A stretch of DNA of 64,000 nt from Takakia lepidozioides (taxonomy: Eukaryota; Plantae; Bryophyta). Made by a program: the position numbers and the translations under genes. Each line of letters starts with the position of its first letter. The stretch's first letter is position 1. The notes under the pieces were generated by a model. That model saw only the letters and a program-made list of their open reading frames with translations, did not search any database and had not been told where the DNA came from. Shown in pieces: positions 1-12,767 of this stretch. The stretch covers positions 37,882,001-37,946,000 of the forward strand of contig CM060732.1 in the NCBI GenBank assembly GCA_030704615.1. Reading direction: 5' to 3'.

Positions 1-1043
1 AGAACGGGTCAAGCGGGGTTTGTCAAAGGAAGGTACATTCTAGACAATATCCTTCCTGCACATGAGGCCTCTTCTTATGCCTCCAAGAATGGTCAAGCCC
101 TCTCACTATGGCACCTGGACTTTGAAAAAGCCTTCGATAAGGTGGACTGGACTTTCCTCTTGGCAGTTCTGAGAAAGACCGGGCTCCCACCCAACTTCTG
201 CCATTGGGTGGAAATTCTCTTGCAGGGTTCAACAAGCAGAGTCTTAATGAATGGCCACCTGTCTAAACCCTCCTCTCTTCATAGATCGGTTCGACAAGGA
301 TGCCCTCTAGCCCCTTTTCTCTTTATGTTTGTGGCAGACACTTTGGGTTACCTTTTGGACTCTGTAGAATAATATGAATTTCTGACTTAATGACAATTTT
401 CAGAACTTTTTAATATCTTTCTCATCAATATAGCCTGCGATACCTTCGATATTGTTGCGGTAGGGCAGTGTTCTTCGATATCTTGTATACAGTCGATAGT
501 CTATCTTGGACTGAATGATAGAAGAGATGGATGAATAATTGTAAATGATGGATGAAGAGCGGTTATTACAGTTATTGAAGCGCCCTGCTATATAATGCGT
601 TCATGAGAAGCAGAATGGGTCAATTGAGCCAGACAGCCGTGACCGGGAGTAGGGAGAGTAGAGTGAGTAGAAGATAGACTATAGAGTTATTCTACAATGG
701 TAGATTTAGTACTGCGTTCTTGCAGTGTTGTGATTTATGAGAAGAAGAAAAATAAATAAATAAAATGCAATTCACTTTGTGTATGTGTGAAGAATGGAGT
801 GATGGAATGAGAATGTGTTTCTGTGTGTAAGAACTGAAGAACCATAATTATATGAGATGGTGAGAATGCGCACAAATGCAACAGATAAGAATTCAATGTG
901 AGAATTAGTTTCTGGTCTATCAAGAGAAATATCGATAGAGAGATATCCAAAGCTCAAGAAGGAGCAGATTAAGGAAACAAAAATAGAAAGAGTCTTCAAT
1001 TGGATTCAGGGTAGGAGTACAATTGTGAAGTAAAATCATTTGC

Positions 1044-1340
1044 ATGGCAGAGAGCAATGGTGAGGGAATAAAGGAAGTGTCAGAGTTGATCACTGGATTA
1101 CCAGACCATTTATCGATAACAATCTTTCAGAAGCTTTGTTGTAGTGATAAAGAAGTATTCTTATTGCAATTGGTCAACAAAGGATGGTATAGGGAGATCT
1201 ACATCTTATACATGAGTTGTTATTGGAAACATAGTTGGTTGCAGAAGTGGTATAGACCATTTAAAGGCTATCATGAACTTATGAGAGAATGGAATCATAA
1301 TTTTGGTGAGGGAAAATCCCTGGAGCGACTGGAGAAATAG
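1044..1340 (+). CDS. Small F-box-motif protein 1 (98 aa)
   Basis: LITGLPDHLSITIFQKL...LQLVNKGWY fits the plant F-box consensus LIPGLPDDL..I..RL...L..V.K.W. It is paralogous to the next ORF. Confidence 0.65.
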   Translation: MAESNGEGIKEVSELITGLPDHLSITIFQKLCCSDKEVFLLQLVNKGWYREIYILYMSCYWKHSWLQKWYRPFKGYHELMREWNHNFGEGKSLERLEK

Positions 1341-1368
1341 AATTGGTGGTGAAGAATGATCATTAACG

Positions 1369-1671
1369 ATGTGTGAAGGAGGACAGCTAGCATATCCTAT
1401 AGAATTAATTATTGGACTGCCTAATAGTTTGTCTCTAGATATCTTTAAAAGACTACAATGTAGTGACAAAGAGATAATCAATCTATGGTCAGTCAGTAAA
1501 GAATGGCATCGGGAGCTGTTGACTTTGTATCAGAGAGATTATTGGAGGAAGAATATAGTGGAGCAATGGTATTTGATTTCAGCCGATGGAGCAGAGTTAA
1601 TAGAAGATGGAGAGAAAATTTATGAATCTGGGAGAGTGATGATCGTGTTAGATGAAGATGACTGTTGGTAA
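1369..1671 (+). CDS. Small F-box-motif protein 2 (100 aa)
   Basis: LIIGLPNSLSLDIFKRL...LWSVSKEWH. It shares CSDKE and YW..W motifs with ORF 1044-1340. Confidence 0.65.
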   Translation: MCEGGQLAYPIELIIGLPNSLSLDIFKRLQCSDKEIINLWSVSKEWHRELLTLYQRDYWRKNIVEQWYLISADGAELIEDGEKIYESGRVMIVLDEDDCW

Positions 1672-4600
1672 AAGTTGTTTCAAAGAAGGGATAGAGAGAG
1701 ATAGAATAGTCTAGCATCATTATGTATTAGTCATATAGTGCTTTCCCCAGCGAACGAACCTTAGAACTGATTGATCCTCTTTTAGGATTGATTCTAGTTT
1801 TTATTCTACAGATTCCAATGCATCGGTGATTGGGCTTAAAATATCCAGTCAATTAACACAGAACACCATGCAAGTGAAGGACTCCATGTTTGTGGATGAC
1901 ACCTTCCTGATTTTAGACGCCAATCCCGTTACCCTGGAGGCTGCCCTTGACACCCTCACGCAATTCTGTGATGTCTCCGGATTCAGGGTCAATTGGTCAA
2001 AAACTAAAGCCATCTTGGTTGGAGATATCTCACAGTCCACTATAGAAGTCAACCCTACCTGGGGAAATGATATTGGACTGGTTTGGCTCCAGCCAGGGGA
2101 GACAATGATACTCCTGGGTTATGTCTTTGGTAAAGATCTAACAGACAGCCAAAGGATGGGTCCCATCTTTGCATTGCTCAAAAAGAAGCTATCGCACCAG
2201 GGTTGCCGCTTCCTTTCAATTAAGGGAGAGCTCTTGAAGCAAACCAAGTCCTTCAAGCCGGAATCTGGTATTTCGCCTCAACTTGGGGACCGGACTCTGA
2301 ATTTATAAATGAGGTCAACGATGTATCAGGAACTTCATCTGGGGAGCTCATAGCTATGCTAAGAACAGACGGCCCTAGGTCTCTTGGAGGCAGATTTGCC
2401 TCCCAAAGAAGAAAGGTGGTCTAGGGATCTTGGACCCGGAAATGCAGATCCAGGCTCTCATTGGCAAATGGCTCCCCAGATTCCTGGGTCCTGAGGGGGG
2501 CTGGTGAAAACTCTTGATTGAGGACAATATAGCTTTCAGCTCCCCTTTGCTTTTTACACACTGGAGAAAATCCACAAGAAGGATAACTCAGGGCTTCAAT
2601 CATAAAGCGGTTGGCTCCCCCCTATGGAAATCTATCTGGAAGGCATGGAAAAAACTCAGACATTTTCTTCTTAAATCTGAGCCAACCACTTACCAAGAAA
2701 CTATGAGGCAGCATCTCTTTCTAAACTCTTCTAGGCCATTTGCTGACGAGAGAGGCCAAGCAAGACGTTGGGTTGCATGAGAATTGAGAGGTCTCTCCCA
2801 GATAGCTCACTTGTGGAGCAGCACCCCGGGCTCCCTCAGAGCGGCGCTAGGGCAGAACAGGCTCACAACAGGTATTCAAAACATCATCTGCAGTATCCCG
2901 GATCAGTGGAAGATCAATCTGAGAGAGGGCAAAGAGATTCACAAAGAACATCAATGGGTTCAAGCCATCAACAAACCCTTCTCTATTTTATACATCACAC
3001 AAGCCACGGAAAACTCCATTTCTGGTTATGGTTTTAACGCGGAACCCTACTCTGGTTTCCTCTCCATATTCTCCTGTCAAAAACACTGTCCATGGAAAGA
3101 AGCCAAGCCATGCCCATTAGAGTCTGCCTTTGGTCGAGTTCGGGCAAAGAGTTGAACCCAATGGCCCTACTGGATAAACCTATCATGCATTGGATCCATG
3201 GTAGCTCCTTTGCCTGGATAGGGAGGGTGCAAATCCAGGATCTCCAACTCGACCCAGGCGAGTGGCAGTGGAATCTTGAGGGGGCCTGTTCCCAATTCTT
3301 TTCCTACTCAGCCAAGAAGGCCTACAGATCCCTGAACAACACCACGGCTCTTGAAGCTAAATGGAATGACAAATGGGGACATCATAACTTTCATGAGGAG
3401 AATTGGGATACTATATGGAGTCTTGTGTGGGAAAAATCTAAACCAGCAAAGCTGAGTGCCTTCTTGTGGCAAATCACCAACAGAGTCTTAAAAGTGGGGC
3501 AATTTCTAAACTTTCAAGAGGCCTTGCTTTGCACTTGTTGCAACATGGGAACAATAGAAACCCTGGAACACTGCCTCATCTCATGTCAAGGACCATCTCT
3601 CATCTGGCCCATGGTTGCATCCCTTGATCATTAAGAATGTGGTCACCAGTGTTCAAATGGTTATTGAGATTGAAAGGATTTAAATCTGACTTGGTTATAT
3701 ATATGAAATCCAAGACCCCCAGAAGCCATAAACAACCGACGGTTACCAGCAATGTGAAACCCACTATACTACTAGACGGGAGATTTTTGGTTCTAACTGG
3801 AACATCATGTGTCAATAGCCTTAATGAGTTATACCTATAGAGTATATAAATATATACATACATATGCATAATATCTCAATAACTTTAATAAAGTGTTAAA
3901 GGGCTACGTCCCCTTTCTCAAAAAAATAAAAATAACAAAAATATAATATATATTCTATTTATTGTTGGGATCTATGTCACGATAAGTGCTAGGCTTATGT
4001 CATAATATGATTATAAACAACATATTTATGAGACTTTTTCTTTCAATAACCGTCAGGTAAGTCAAGGTGTGTCTTCGTATCTCTTGTGACATATATCTGC
4101 TATTGAGATCCACTACTGAGTTTCGCGGTACCAATCTTGGGCCCTTGGTGGTGTCCCATTAGCTTTGTGTTCGTTAAAGGGCTCGCTTGTAAGTAGTCGT
4201 TCATGGGTATTGTTATATATATATATATATAATTTGAAAAAAATGACTTTTACAAAATGCTTACACTCACAGTATTATGATTCACTAGCAAATGCATGCA
4301 TAGCACAAAATGCTCTCATATTAGTTGACAAAAGTCAAGCAATATAAAATAGATTTCATATTTCATATTTTATATGTATTTTTTGGTTGGATGGAGATGA
4401 AATCAGTTATCTTCATAGAAATGTGAAGAATATCAATTATAGTTTTTTTACAAAATAAATAAAGGGGATGGCTCAGCCCCGATATTTTATTGCTGGGGAA
4501 AAAATAAACCCATGTGGGACCATGAAGCATACACACTTGGTAGTGAGGGTCTAACCCAAGATACTTAATAAAGAGAGAACCATCCAGGAGGATGAATGTA

Positions 4601-5039
4601 GAGGAGACCCTAGAGCTACCCTAGAGCCTAGGCTAGGCAAGAGCTCACCAGTTGCGAGCTCCCGCATGAGGGTGAAGAATTGTGAAGGGTGAATGCCAAT
4701 TAGAGATTCCTGAATCTACCTCCGCCAGGAAGAATGCATACCCTAATACTTGCAGCATATTGAAAGAGGAACAGCCTGGACCGGCCAGTCAGGGAGATGG
4801 TGAATCGAGATAACCGTTAGTCTGGACGTCATTATAGTTATATAGGGCTGTAAAAGTATTTTGCATTGAATGGTTGACTATTGAGAATTGTGAGATCTTA
4901 GCATAAGGTCCGTCAAGATTAATGGACTGATTAGCTACGATAACCACAAGTATTTTCTATACTCTATACTAGTCATTTTTCTTGCAAAAATGATTGTTCA
5001 TGGTCCAAGGTCTCCTGCGTTCTTGGACTATGAACACCA

Positions 5040-6125
5040 TTTGTATCCGTGAAGGAAAGTTTGTTGCACTTCCGAGCTTAAGTTGTGTGCTGTTAGGCTG
5101 TTGTATGTGCAATTCCAAAGATCCTATGTAGTCCAACCCCTCATGTTTGCCCACAGATCTTTAGTATGGAACTGTGATATGTAAGAAGTATTGTTCTCTG
5201 GCGGCCAATGTCCTGCTTGCCACATTCAGCCTTACTAGGAGTGAGGTTTCTTCTCTGCTGCTACAATCTGAATTGTGCATATTCTGAAGTTCAATGAGTG
5301 TATGCAGGTTCCACCTTTTTAAAGTTTATTTTCATCCACATTTTATTCCTGACATCCCCTCCTGTTATCCGTGGCTGGCAGAAAGTCTATGGTCAAGTCG
5401 TGATGGTAAGAACTCGGTGCAGAATTTGTCCAAGCATACCAGCCTTTCTTCAAGCATGCCATCCTGTCAGCATACACTGCCGCTTCCTCAGCTGTGTGTG
5501 CAGTCAATCAGATCCATCCCATAATATATGCAGTTGGTTAGGATGTGTCAAAGGTAAGGCTCATTGATGAGAAAGATTCGACCCCTTGCCCGGAGCAATT
5601 GCATAAATTACGTTGATTTCTCTTGTGTTCAAGTGATTTTGTTGTGAGAGTTGAGTGTACAAGTCACGCATAGCTCACCAAATGATTTACATGGGAACTT
5701 TTGCCCATCTTTACCAAGATCTTTACAGCTCAGGCGTCCGTCGAATCTCATGCCCTTTGTTTTAGAGACGCGCTTGCACGCAGAAGACAAATAGATATAA
5801 TCAGAAGAGACGTTCATCATCATCTGGAATGACTCGATCGGTATTGTTATCGTATGAAAATTAGGCAAGTGTGTTAAATGGCGGATGAATCATCACTAAT
5901 TGGGATTTGCGTTCGACCTTACCGGTGTACATTCTTGTAGTCTGGAGATCCGTCGGGAAAGATCCTCCATCTACGTAAATAAGTCACTCTCTCAGTAGCA
6001 TCTTAGCAAACCCGAGCCCAAACTTTGCTTCAAAATTGAATGATGTATGTACGGTAGATTATTAAATCATTGATGGAGAACTGCGAATCTGCTCTAGAGA
6101 TATAGGGTCCAAGAATCATGTCACA
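5040..6125 (-). pseudogene. Degenerate coding-like segment, copy 1 (homologous to 61075-62045), with an AP2-like motif
   Basis: Long runs are shared with 61075-62045 (e.g. GATCCTATGTAGTCCAACCCCTCATGTTTGCCCAC; CGTTCGACCTTACCGGTGTACATTCTTGTAGTC). The minus strand reads TAEEAAVYADRMACLKKGWYAWTN. Confidence 0.55.
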
Positions 6126-6399
6126 CAAACCGTCTTGTACAAAATGTTGACAGAGTTTATAAATCTACACACATCTACAACGAGATTCCACAGCCAGAGT
6201 CCTACGATCTGTATATTCAGACATGAGAGAGAGAGAAAACAATAAGTAAGAGACAACAAGACAACTCTACTTGATTCTTGAAAAACAAGATAACATAATA
6301 GTCAGGCTTCACGTCTATCTGTATTCTGTCCAGTAACGAGCCGTCAACATATTTGACCAGCTGTCACTAATTTAAAATCAAACTCCTCATGATGAAGGT

Positions 6400-6695
6400 G
6401 TGTGGATGTAAATTGTTGTAATCCTATACTCCCACTCATACACATAAGCTTCATGCATGAGCCTTAGGGTGCCATGCTCATAAATCTGATAAATTTATTA
6501 GCTGGTAGAGCCTTAGTAAACATGTCTGCAAGGTATCCTGCGTAGGAACATAAGCTACGTCTACCTCCCCTGCAACCTTGTCTCGCACATAGTGATACTG
6601 GATATCTATGTGCTTTGTATGCTTGTGAAATTCAGGATTTCTCACCAAACGAATAGCACTCTGATTATCTGAGAATAAATCAGTTGGTCAGCATA
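6400..6695 (-). mobile_element. Ty1/Copia RNase H C-terminal remnant
   Basis: The minus strand reads SDNQSAIRLVRNPEFHKHTKHIDIQYHYVRDKV. Confidence 0.85.
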
Positions 6696-8370
6696 CTGGA
6701 ATACTTTACTAAGGAGGAACATCAGGAATACAGTACCCTTAACGGGTTCCCTATCTATCTAAGAGCTAGCATTGATTGCCGGTAGGTGGCACTAAACCCC
6801 ATTAGCTGGAATTCAGCTAATGCTTACCAACTAGATGACTCTTACTTAATAAAGAGATAAAGCAAACAGGTGTCACCCTGGTGGGACCATGCTGATATAG
6901 CTTTATAAATCTAAAACCCCCTCTCAATATCAGCATCTTTCTTCTAGGGTTCTGCACTTGAGTTTCGAAAAGACTGCAAACACCTAGAGCTGCTCTAAAT
7001 TTCTCGAATTTATGTCTGCCAAGAGGTTTAGTCATAATATCTGCAACCTGTTCTTGTGACGCAACATGCACCAGGTCGACTTCTTTGCTTTCCACTTTCT
7101 CACAAATATAATGATAGTGAACCTCGATATGTTTCGTACGAGCGTGAAATACTGGGTTGCGAGCAATTTTTGCGCTACTCTGATTGTCACAGCTTATAAC
7201 AGTAGGACCATCCTCCAAAATTCCGAGTTCTTTATAGAGTCTTCTCAACCAAACTGTCTCCTTAGCACCCTCGGTGAGTGCGCACGATACTCAGCTTCTG
7301 TTGAGGACAATGCAACGGTAGGTTGCTTCTTCGAACTCCAAGTTACTGCACCATCACCCATTCTGAAGACATAACCTGAGGTTGAGTGTCAAACTATCAT
7401 TATCGCCTTTCCAGTCGGCATCTGTGAAACCACTTAAAGTGATGTTCACTCCTCTCTTGTATAGCAGCCCGTAGTCAACTGTTCCAGCCACATATCGAAG
7501 AATGTGATCAACAACATCCATGTGAGCTGTTTGTGGCGACTCCATGTACCTACTCACTGCTCCGACAAGATACACAAGATCAGGTCTTGTGTTTGTCAAG
7601 TATACTAGCTTGCCAACTTTCCTCCTGTATAGAGTTTGATCAGAAGCTGCAGTGCCCATATCCATAGAGAGTTTAAGGTTCTCGGTCATGGAACAGTGTG
7701 AGGATTGCAATCAGAAAACCCAAACTCCTCAAGCATTTTTTTAATATACCCCCTCTACGTGATCATGATGCCTCAAGGTGAAGAAATTCAGCTCCACGGT
7801 ACAGCGTGATGAGGCCTAGATCGGTCATATCAAATGCTTGCTTGAGTTGTTGGCGCAGATAAGCGATTTTCACAATGTGATTGCCAGTCAGCAAGAGGTC
7901 ATCTACATAAAGAATTAACAAAACAATTTTGCCATCTTCCTTGAAATAGTAGAGGTTGTAGTCAGCATTAGATCTGTGAAGACCTGAGTCTTGAGAAAAG
8001 AGTCAATTTTAGCATACCATGCTCTCGGCGCTTGCTTAAGACCGTATAGGGCCTTCAAAAGTCTATAGACCTTCGTCTCATGGCCAAGCTTGGAAAAGCC
8101 CTCAGGCTGTCACATGTAAACCTCTTTGAACAAATCCCCGTTCAAGAATGTCGTTTTGACGTCCATATGAACAATTTCCCAGTCCATGTGAGCTGCAAGG
8201 GCAACAAAAGAGCGGATAGTCGCCCATTTGACAACTGGAGCGAACGTTTCGTCATAGTCTATGCCCTCTTTCTGCTGGAAACCTCTTGCAACAAGACGCG
8301 CTTTCAACTTATCAGGTGAGCCATCAGCCTTTTGCTTCACTTTATACACCCATTTTGAAGTGATTCGTGG
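6696..8370 (-). mobile_element. Ty1/Copia RT-RNase H remnant with PPT and partial 3' LTR
   Basis: Motifs KARLVARGFQQKEGIDYDETFAPV, MDVK, YVDDLL, TRPDL, GFTDADW and CDNQS..NPVFHARTKHIEV. The purine tract TTGAGAGGGGG is on the minus strand at ~6917-6927. Confidence 0.9.
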
Positions 8371-11062
8371 AATACGATGCTTGAAGATTCTGCTGGAGTT
8401 GTACCAAATGTCACCCTAACACAACCGTTGGTAGGCAAACAATGGCGTAAGCAAAATCGAAACTTACCAGGGGAGAGTATGGGCACTGTAAATGTATGTC
8501 AAGTTGCCAACACCAACACCATGAGGCCTCCCTGCACTCGTGCACACCACCAATGTGCGACCTACTTAGAAAAAGCTCCCCTGCCCATTAGATTGGAACT
8601 ACGAGCTGAAGCTCATGTGACACCAGCCGAAGGAACTGGAGCTACGACACAAGCTGAATGGTTCAGTTTAAGCTGTAGTGACTTTCCACACTCCCGTAAT
8701 GCCGCCAACCCAGCCACGGGGAAGCTGGACTCCTTGGGACAAGACACCATATATCAGAAAAATAAAACGCTGTACAGAGAGCTGGCGTCCATACTCCAGG
8801 AAGACCTCACCCAAGCTCTGAACTATGACAAATGGAAATTGCATTCCGGACTGTCGAATGGCATATCACAATGCATGAGGTCCATACAAGTCGATTTGGC
8901 CCGGGAAAAAAAGAAAGCCAGCGCCACAACTAACTTTTTGTATCTGGGTATGAAAGCCTACTTTATGTGGAAACTAACCTCAACCAGACCCTCCCGCTCT
9001 CGCCATGTGGCAATACTTAATTGTCACTTGATCCATACATTGACACTCTCCTCCAGAACTTCATCCATGATCATTCATCCGCACCGGAGGCCTAATTTAC
9101 ATCCAGTATCCACTTTGAAAACGCCAACCCAACCCACATCTCAATTATGGTACCTTCATACAATACGCCATATGTACACTATACCCCATATGAACACTCC
9201 CTCTATACAATATTATGCTCTACCCGGCCGACCGCTACTCCAATTTTATTTTAGCTCCATACCCAGCCTACGCTGACTCATGCTATCCACACCTTTATAA
9301 TGTGCCACTACCCATGTCAATATCCTAGCCCCAGTAAGATGGCCGTTAAGGTACTCCAAAAAGATTTCCCAACCAACCCATTTCCGATATTTTCTCCAGG
9401 CCATGTATTCAACTGCTACAAGCTCCACTACTCCCTATCCTACCCGACAACCCTCTCCACCATTCCCTAGCCCTGCACTCCATCATACAGGCCGCCAATC
9501 TAATCCCCTCATTCATGGCCCATATGGTCGATATCACCTACACCCAACAAAATCTAAACATTACTACCACCACCCCCCTGCTCTTAATAAACGCATATAT
9601 AAATACGTGCCTCGACCTAATCCTATTACTTGTGGATATTCACCCGAACCCAGGACCGATCACTATTAGTGAAATTATCAGCAACCTATCCACGGATGCA
9701 CAAGACAAGATATGCCTATACTTTCAGCAGCGAAACCATCTCACTCATACGTAGGAGGTTTACTATTTCATGAGCGCATGAGCCCATGAGCCTATGAGCC
9801 TATGAGCTCATGAGCGGGCATCCGCGGAATTGGAATTTTCTTGCCTTTATTGACGGTGTTATGTCCTCTTACCTCGGTAATAGGGTCTGTTCTCCTGGTC
9901 CAGGATGCGGAATGAGGTATTTTCGGCGCCGTTATTCCCAAGAGCAGTGTGCTAAAATGGTGTTTTGAAGACATTCCACCGGGGTATTTTGGCACCGAAA
10001 TTACCTCTTAAATGTGATATAGTGCGGTATTTAATGGCGCGGAAACGGGCTATTTGGGTGGCGCCGAAATACCCAAGTGGAATGTGCTGAAGTGCCTTGT
10101 GCTGAAGGCTTCCATCGCGATATTTTGGTAGCAGTAATCCATCCGTGGATTTTTGAGGCCCATATAACGCAGGCGCGCACTGGGCTATTTCGGCGGCCAA
10201 ATTTCCCAATAGGAATGTTAGAAACGGCAGGGTTTTCATGGCTTCAAGTTCTCGTCTCGATGGTGTGCATAAATTACTTGTAGGGTTTTTCACTGAAGTT
10301 TGCGTCTCTTCTGCTTTTATTATACATTTTGGTTGGCGGAAGAAATGTAGGGAATCGGACAAGCAGTCTGAACACAATGATTTTTCAAATCGTCAATATT
10401 TTCATTAAGTGTTTCAGAACTGTACAACAAAAAGATCCAAATGAGACTTTGCTATGGTGAGGATCCGCTATCACTGTCTGATGCATCCCGGCCTCATGCA
10501 AGGATGGCTGCTTCCACCTGCCTCCGAACCTGCACTGCCGCTACCACTGTTACTCTGAGAAGCCCTCCCCTCAAAAATACCATCCTCACCAGCCGGAACT
10601 GTCCACCTGGGTGCGGAAGTGTCCTCAACATTCCCCTCACTCTCGGACGCGGATTCTATTACGAACTTCCCTACTCTGCCTTTCACAATTCTATGTTTGG
10701 CCTCACGCCTCATTATAATTCTCTGCTCATTCCCGTATGTCAATTGCTCTAACCGAGTAGGCCTATCCTCCCTCCTGATGGCTTCTCTGGCACCGTGTCT
10801 GCATAGGCTGGTAGAAAAAAGGGCTTCTGGGGACTCGCGAGAAACGATTTTCTGGCAAAGAATGGCCGATGCGATTCTGTCTCCTCCTCTGCAACAGGGT
10901 CCGATTCGGGCAAGTCTCCCAGCTTCTCCTCGTCGGACGACTCTGCAAGGCTGAGTGTACGCACAAACATAGAATGAAGTACATTAGAGAATTCAAACAG
11001 GGAATCATCGGCAGGTTGCATGGTCCCTACAACCGAAACCAATACACTTACTATGGTGCAAC

Positions 11063-11681
11063 TCACTCGAAGACAGGCATTGGGGGAAGCGGCTTTGGGC
11101 GCCCCTGCATCGAACGAATTTCCTGGACTTCCTCCTCTTCATCTTCCTCCTCCCCTTCCACGTCATCTTCTGCGTTTTTGGGATCCTCGGTCGGAGGCAG
11201 ACGCTGAAGGCCCGCCAAATTGTAATTGTACAAGGCCGTATCCCCCTCAAATGAGAACACAAATCGGTTCGACATCCTTCCCGCCCACATACAGGCACCT
11301 GCGAATTCATACGACACAACCACAGCCAAACTCAAGAATGAGTCGCTTCCTTGCACAAGCAAACATACACAAACGAAAATGGTGTCAATTTCGGTGCCGC
11401 ATTCAATTAACGTTCTCACCTGTATTTGCAGTGACGTTGAGGACCCTGCCTTCAACATCCGTACATGTTTCCATGAGCGTCTGGATGAATGCAGGACTCC
11501 TGGTCCTGCCATACCTCCATGGCTTGCCCGACAAATCACAAAGAATGTCCTTCTCTCCCACATGGTTGAACAGGACGTTATACTCCAGTGGATCAACTGT
11601 GGAATCAACAAGTCTTCCTGCTTCACGTAATTTGAATTTCAAATGTTCCTTCACGAAGCAAAATGCCTGAAAGATAAGAGT
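11063..11681 (-). pseudogene. C-terminal half of a beta-class N4-C/N6-A methyltransferase-like gene (exons 11681-11420, 11298-11063)
   Basis: The spliced product reads ...PWRYGRTRSPAFIQTLMETCTDVEGRVLNVTANTG|ACMWAGRMSNRFVFSFEGD (motifs X, I, II-like). AG/GT sites fall at the same codon positions as in 51627-52650. No catalytic motif IV exon was seen. Confidence 0.65.
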
Positions 11682-12767
11682 CTGCAGAGAAGGAAATGTC
11701 CTGGAGGTTTTGCTCCTCCGCAAGCTCCAGCAGGTTCTGATCGTCGCCAAGTCGTACCACGTTGTCGTCCTCTCCTTCTGTCAGCTCAATGGGCCGCCCT
11801 TCTGCAGATCCAACTCCCACATCTCCAGCGGTCTCCACCGCATCTGTGTTTTTTGAAATTGACTGCAAACCCAATATCTCCGCTTCCAGTCTCCCTAGGG
11901 GTTTTACTGGCGAAGCCATGGGCTCATTCTGCTTCCTCGGCTTCCGAACTCTAGGTGGGCTTTTCTGAGGCGATATCTGAGGTGTTGAATGAGGACTCGT
12001 CTGCCTCAATGCACTTCCACCTTGCGAGCGCAGCACCCAGGCAGGAGTATCCAAAGTTGACTGTGTTGCCTCGCCCCCCTGCGATCCCTCCCCAGCTCCC
12101 ATGTTCAAACAAACAGGAAAACATGAGACACTGCACGCAAAAAAAAAGGTGTAAAAGGAATATTGCGTATGGAGTGCTTCACATCCGCAAAGCACGAATC
12201 TCTCACTGGTGGGCGATCCGAGTCTCCGGATAACGAGGTCTGCATTTCATGCATGAGACGGAGCTTAAGTCCTGTCGTCGGCGGCTTCCCAAAATCCCGC
12301 GTCCTCCTTCTCTTTGCCGGAGTCGCCTGACCTTCCACAAACTTTATGCTACCACTATGCCGCATAAGGAGAGGAAACGCAGGAGAATGTCACTGCAGAA
12401 GGGCAAGGAGCGAGAGAGCGAAGCGGTGGAACATACAACCACTATGCACGAGCAGATGTGTAAGCAGCCACGTCTCCCGAAGCGTTGCCACCGTCCACCA
12501 CTTTCTGCCGTATGGGTGATGAAGAGATTGTGACCCCTGACACGTTCGCACGGATGAAGTCGACTGGAACACGACGCGTGCCAGTTCCGACCACCAGTAC
12601 AAGACGGTTTATCCGAATTGCGGCTCCGAAATACCTTCCGTTCACCGGATGTTGTTCCCGGAGCAGCCGGCATTGAATGAAATATCCGCACATCATGAAA
12701 CCCAACCGCCATGAAAATCCCCTGCCTATGACATTCAACAGTCAGGTCGGTACGTTTCATCAGCGGA

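Larger units (their letters stand above)
363..1810. mobile_element. Solo-LTR-like insertion (TG..CA) carrying two F-box ORFs
   Basis: 10-bp terminal inverted repeat TGTAGAATAA...TTATTCTACA. Flanks GACTC (358-362) and GATTC (1811-1815) form a 5-bp TSD with one transition. Excision restores the LINE RT frame. Confidence 0.85.
1..3945 (+). mobile_element. L1-type LINE ORF2 remnant (RT plus C-terminal zinc finger), frameshifted and split by the 363-1810 insertion
   Basis: RT motifs DFEKAFDKVDW and VRQGCPLAPFLF lie in 1-362. Removing 363-1810 and one TSD copy gives in-frame LGYLLDSNASVIGLK...MFVDDT (YADD-like). zf-RVT-like FLWQ...CTCC...ETLEHC occurs at 3460-3590, and an A-rich tail near 3920-3945. 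Confidence 0.9.

Noticed and set aside
363-696. Short LTR ending at the internal TTATTCTACA (687-696) followed by a PBS
   Set aside because: The following TGGTAGA does not extend into a tRNA-Met PBS, and the sequence upstream of 696 does not match that upstream of 1810.
8377-9276. 299-aa ORF as a real gene
   Set aside because: It appears to span a junction between Copia-adjacent sequence and the LINE fragment, and no motif was recognised.
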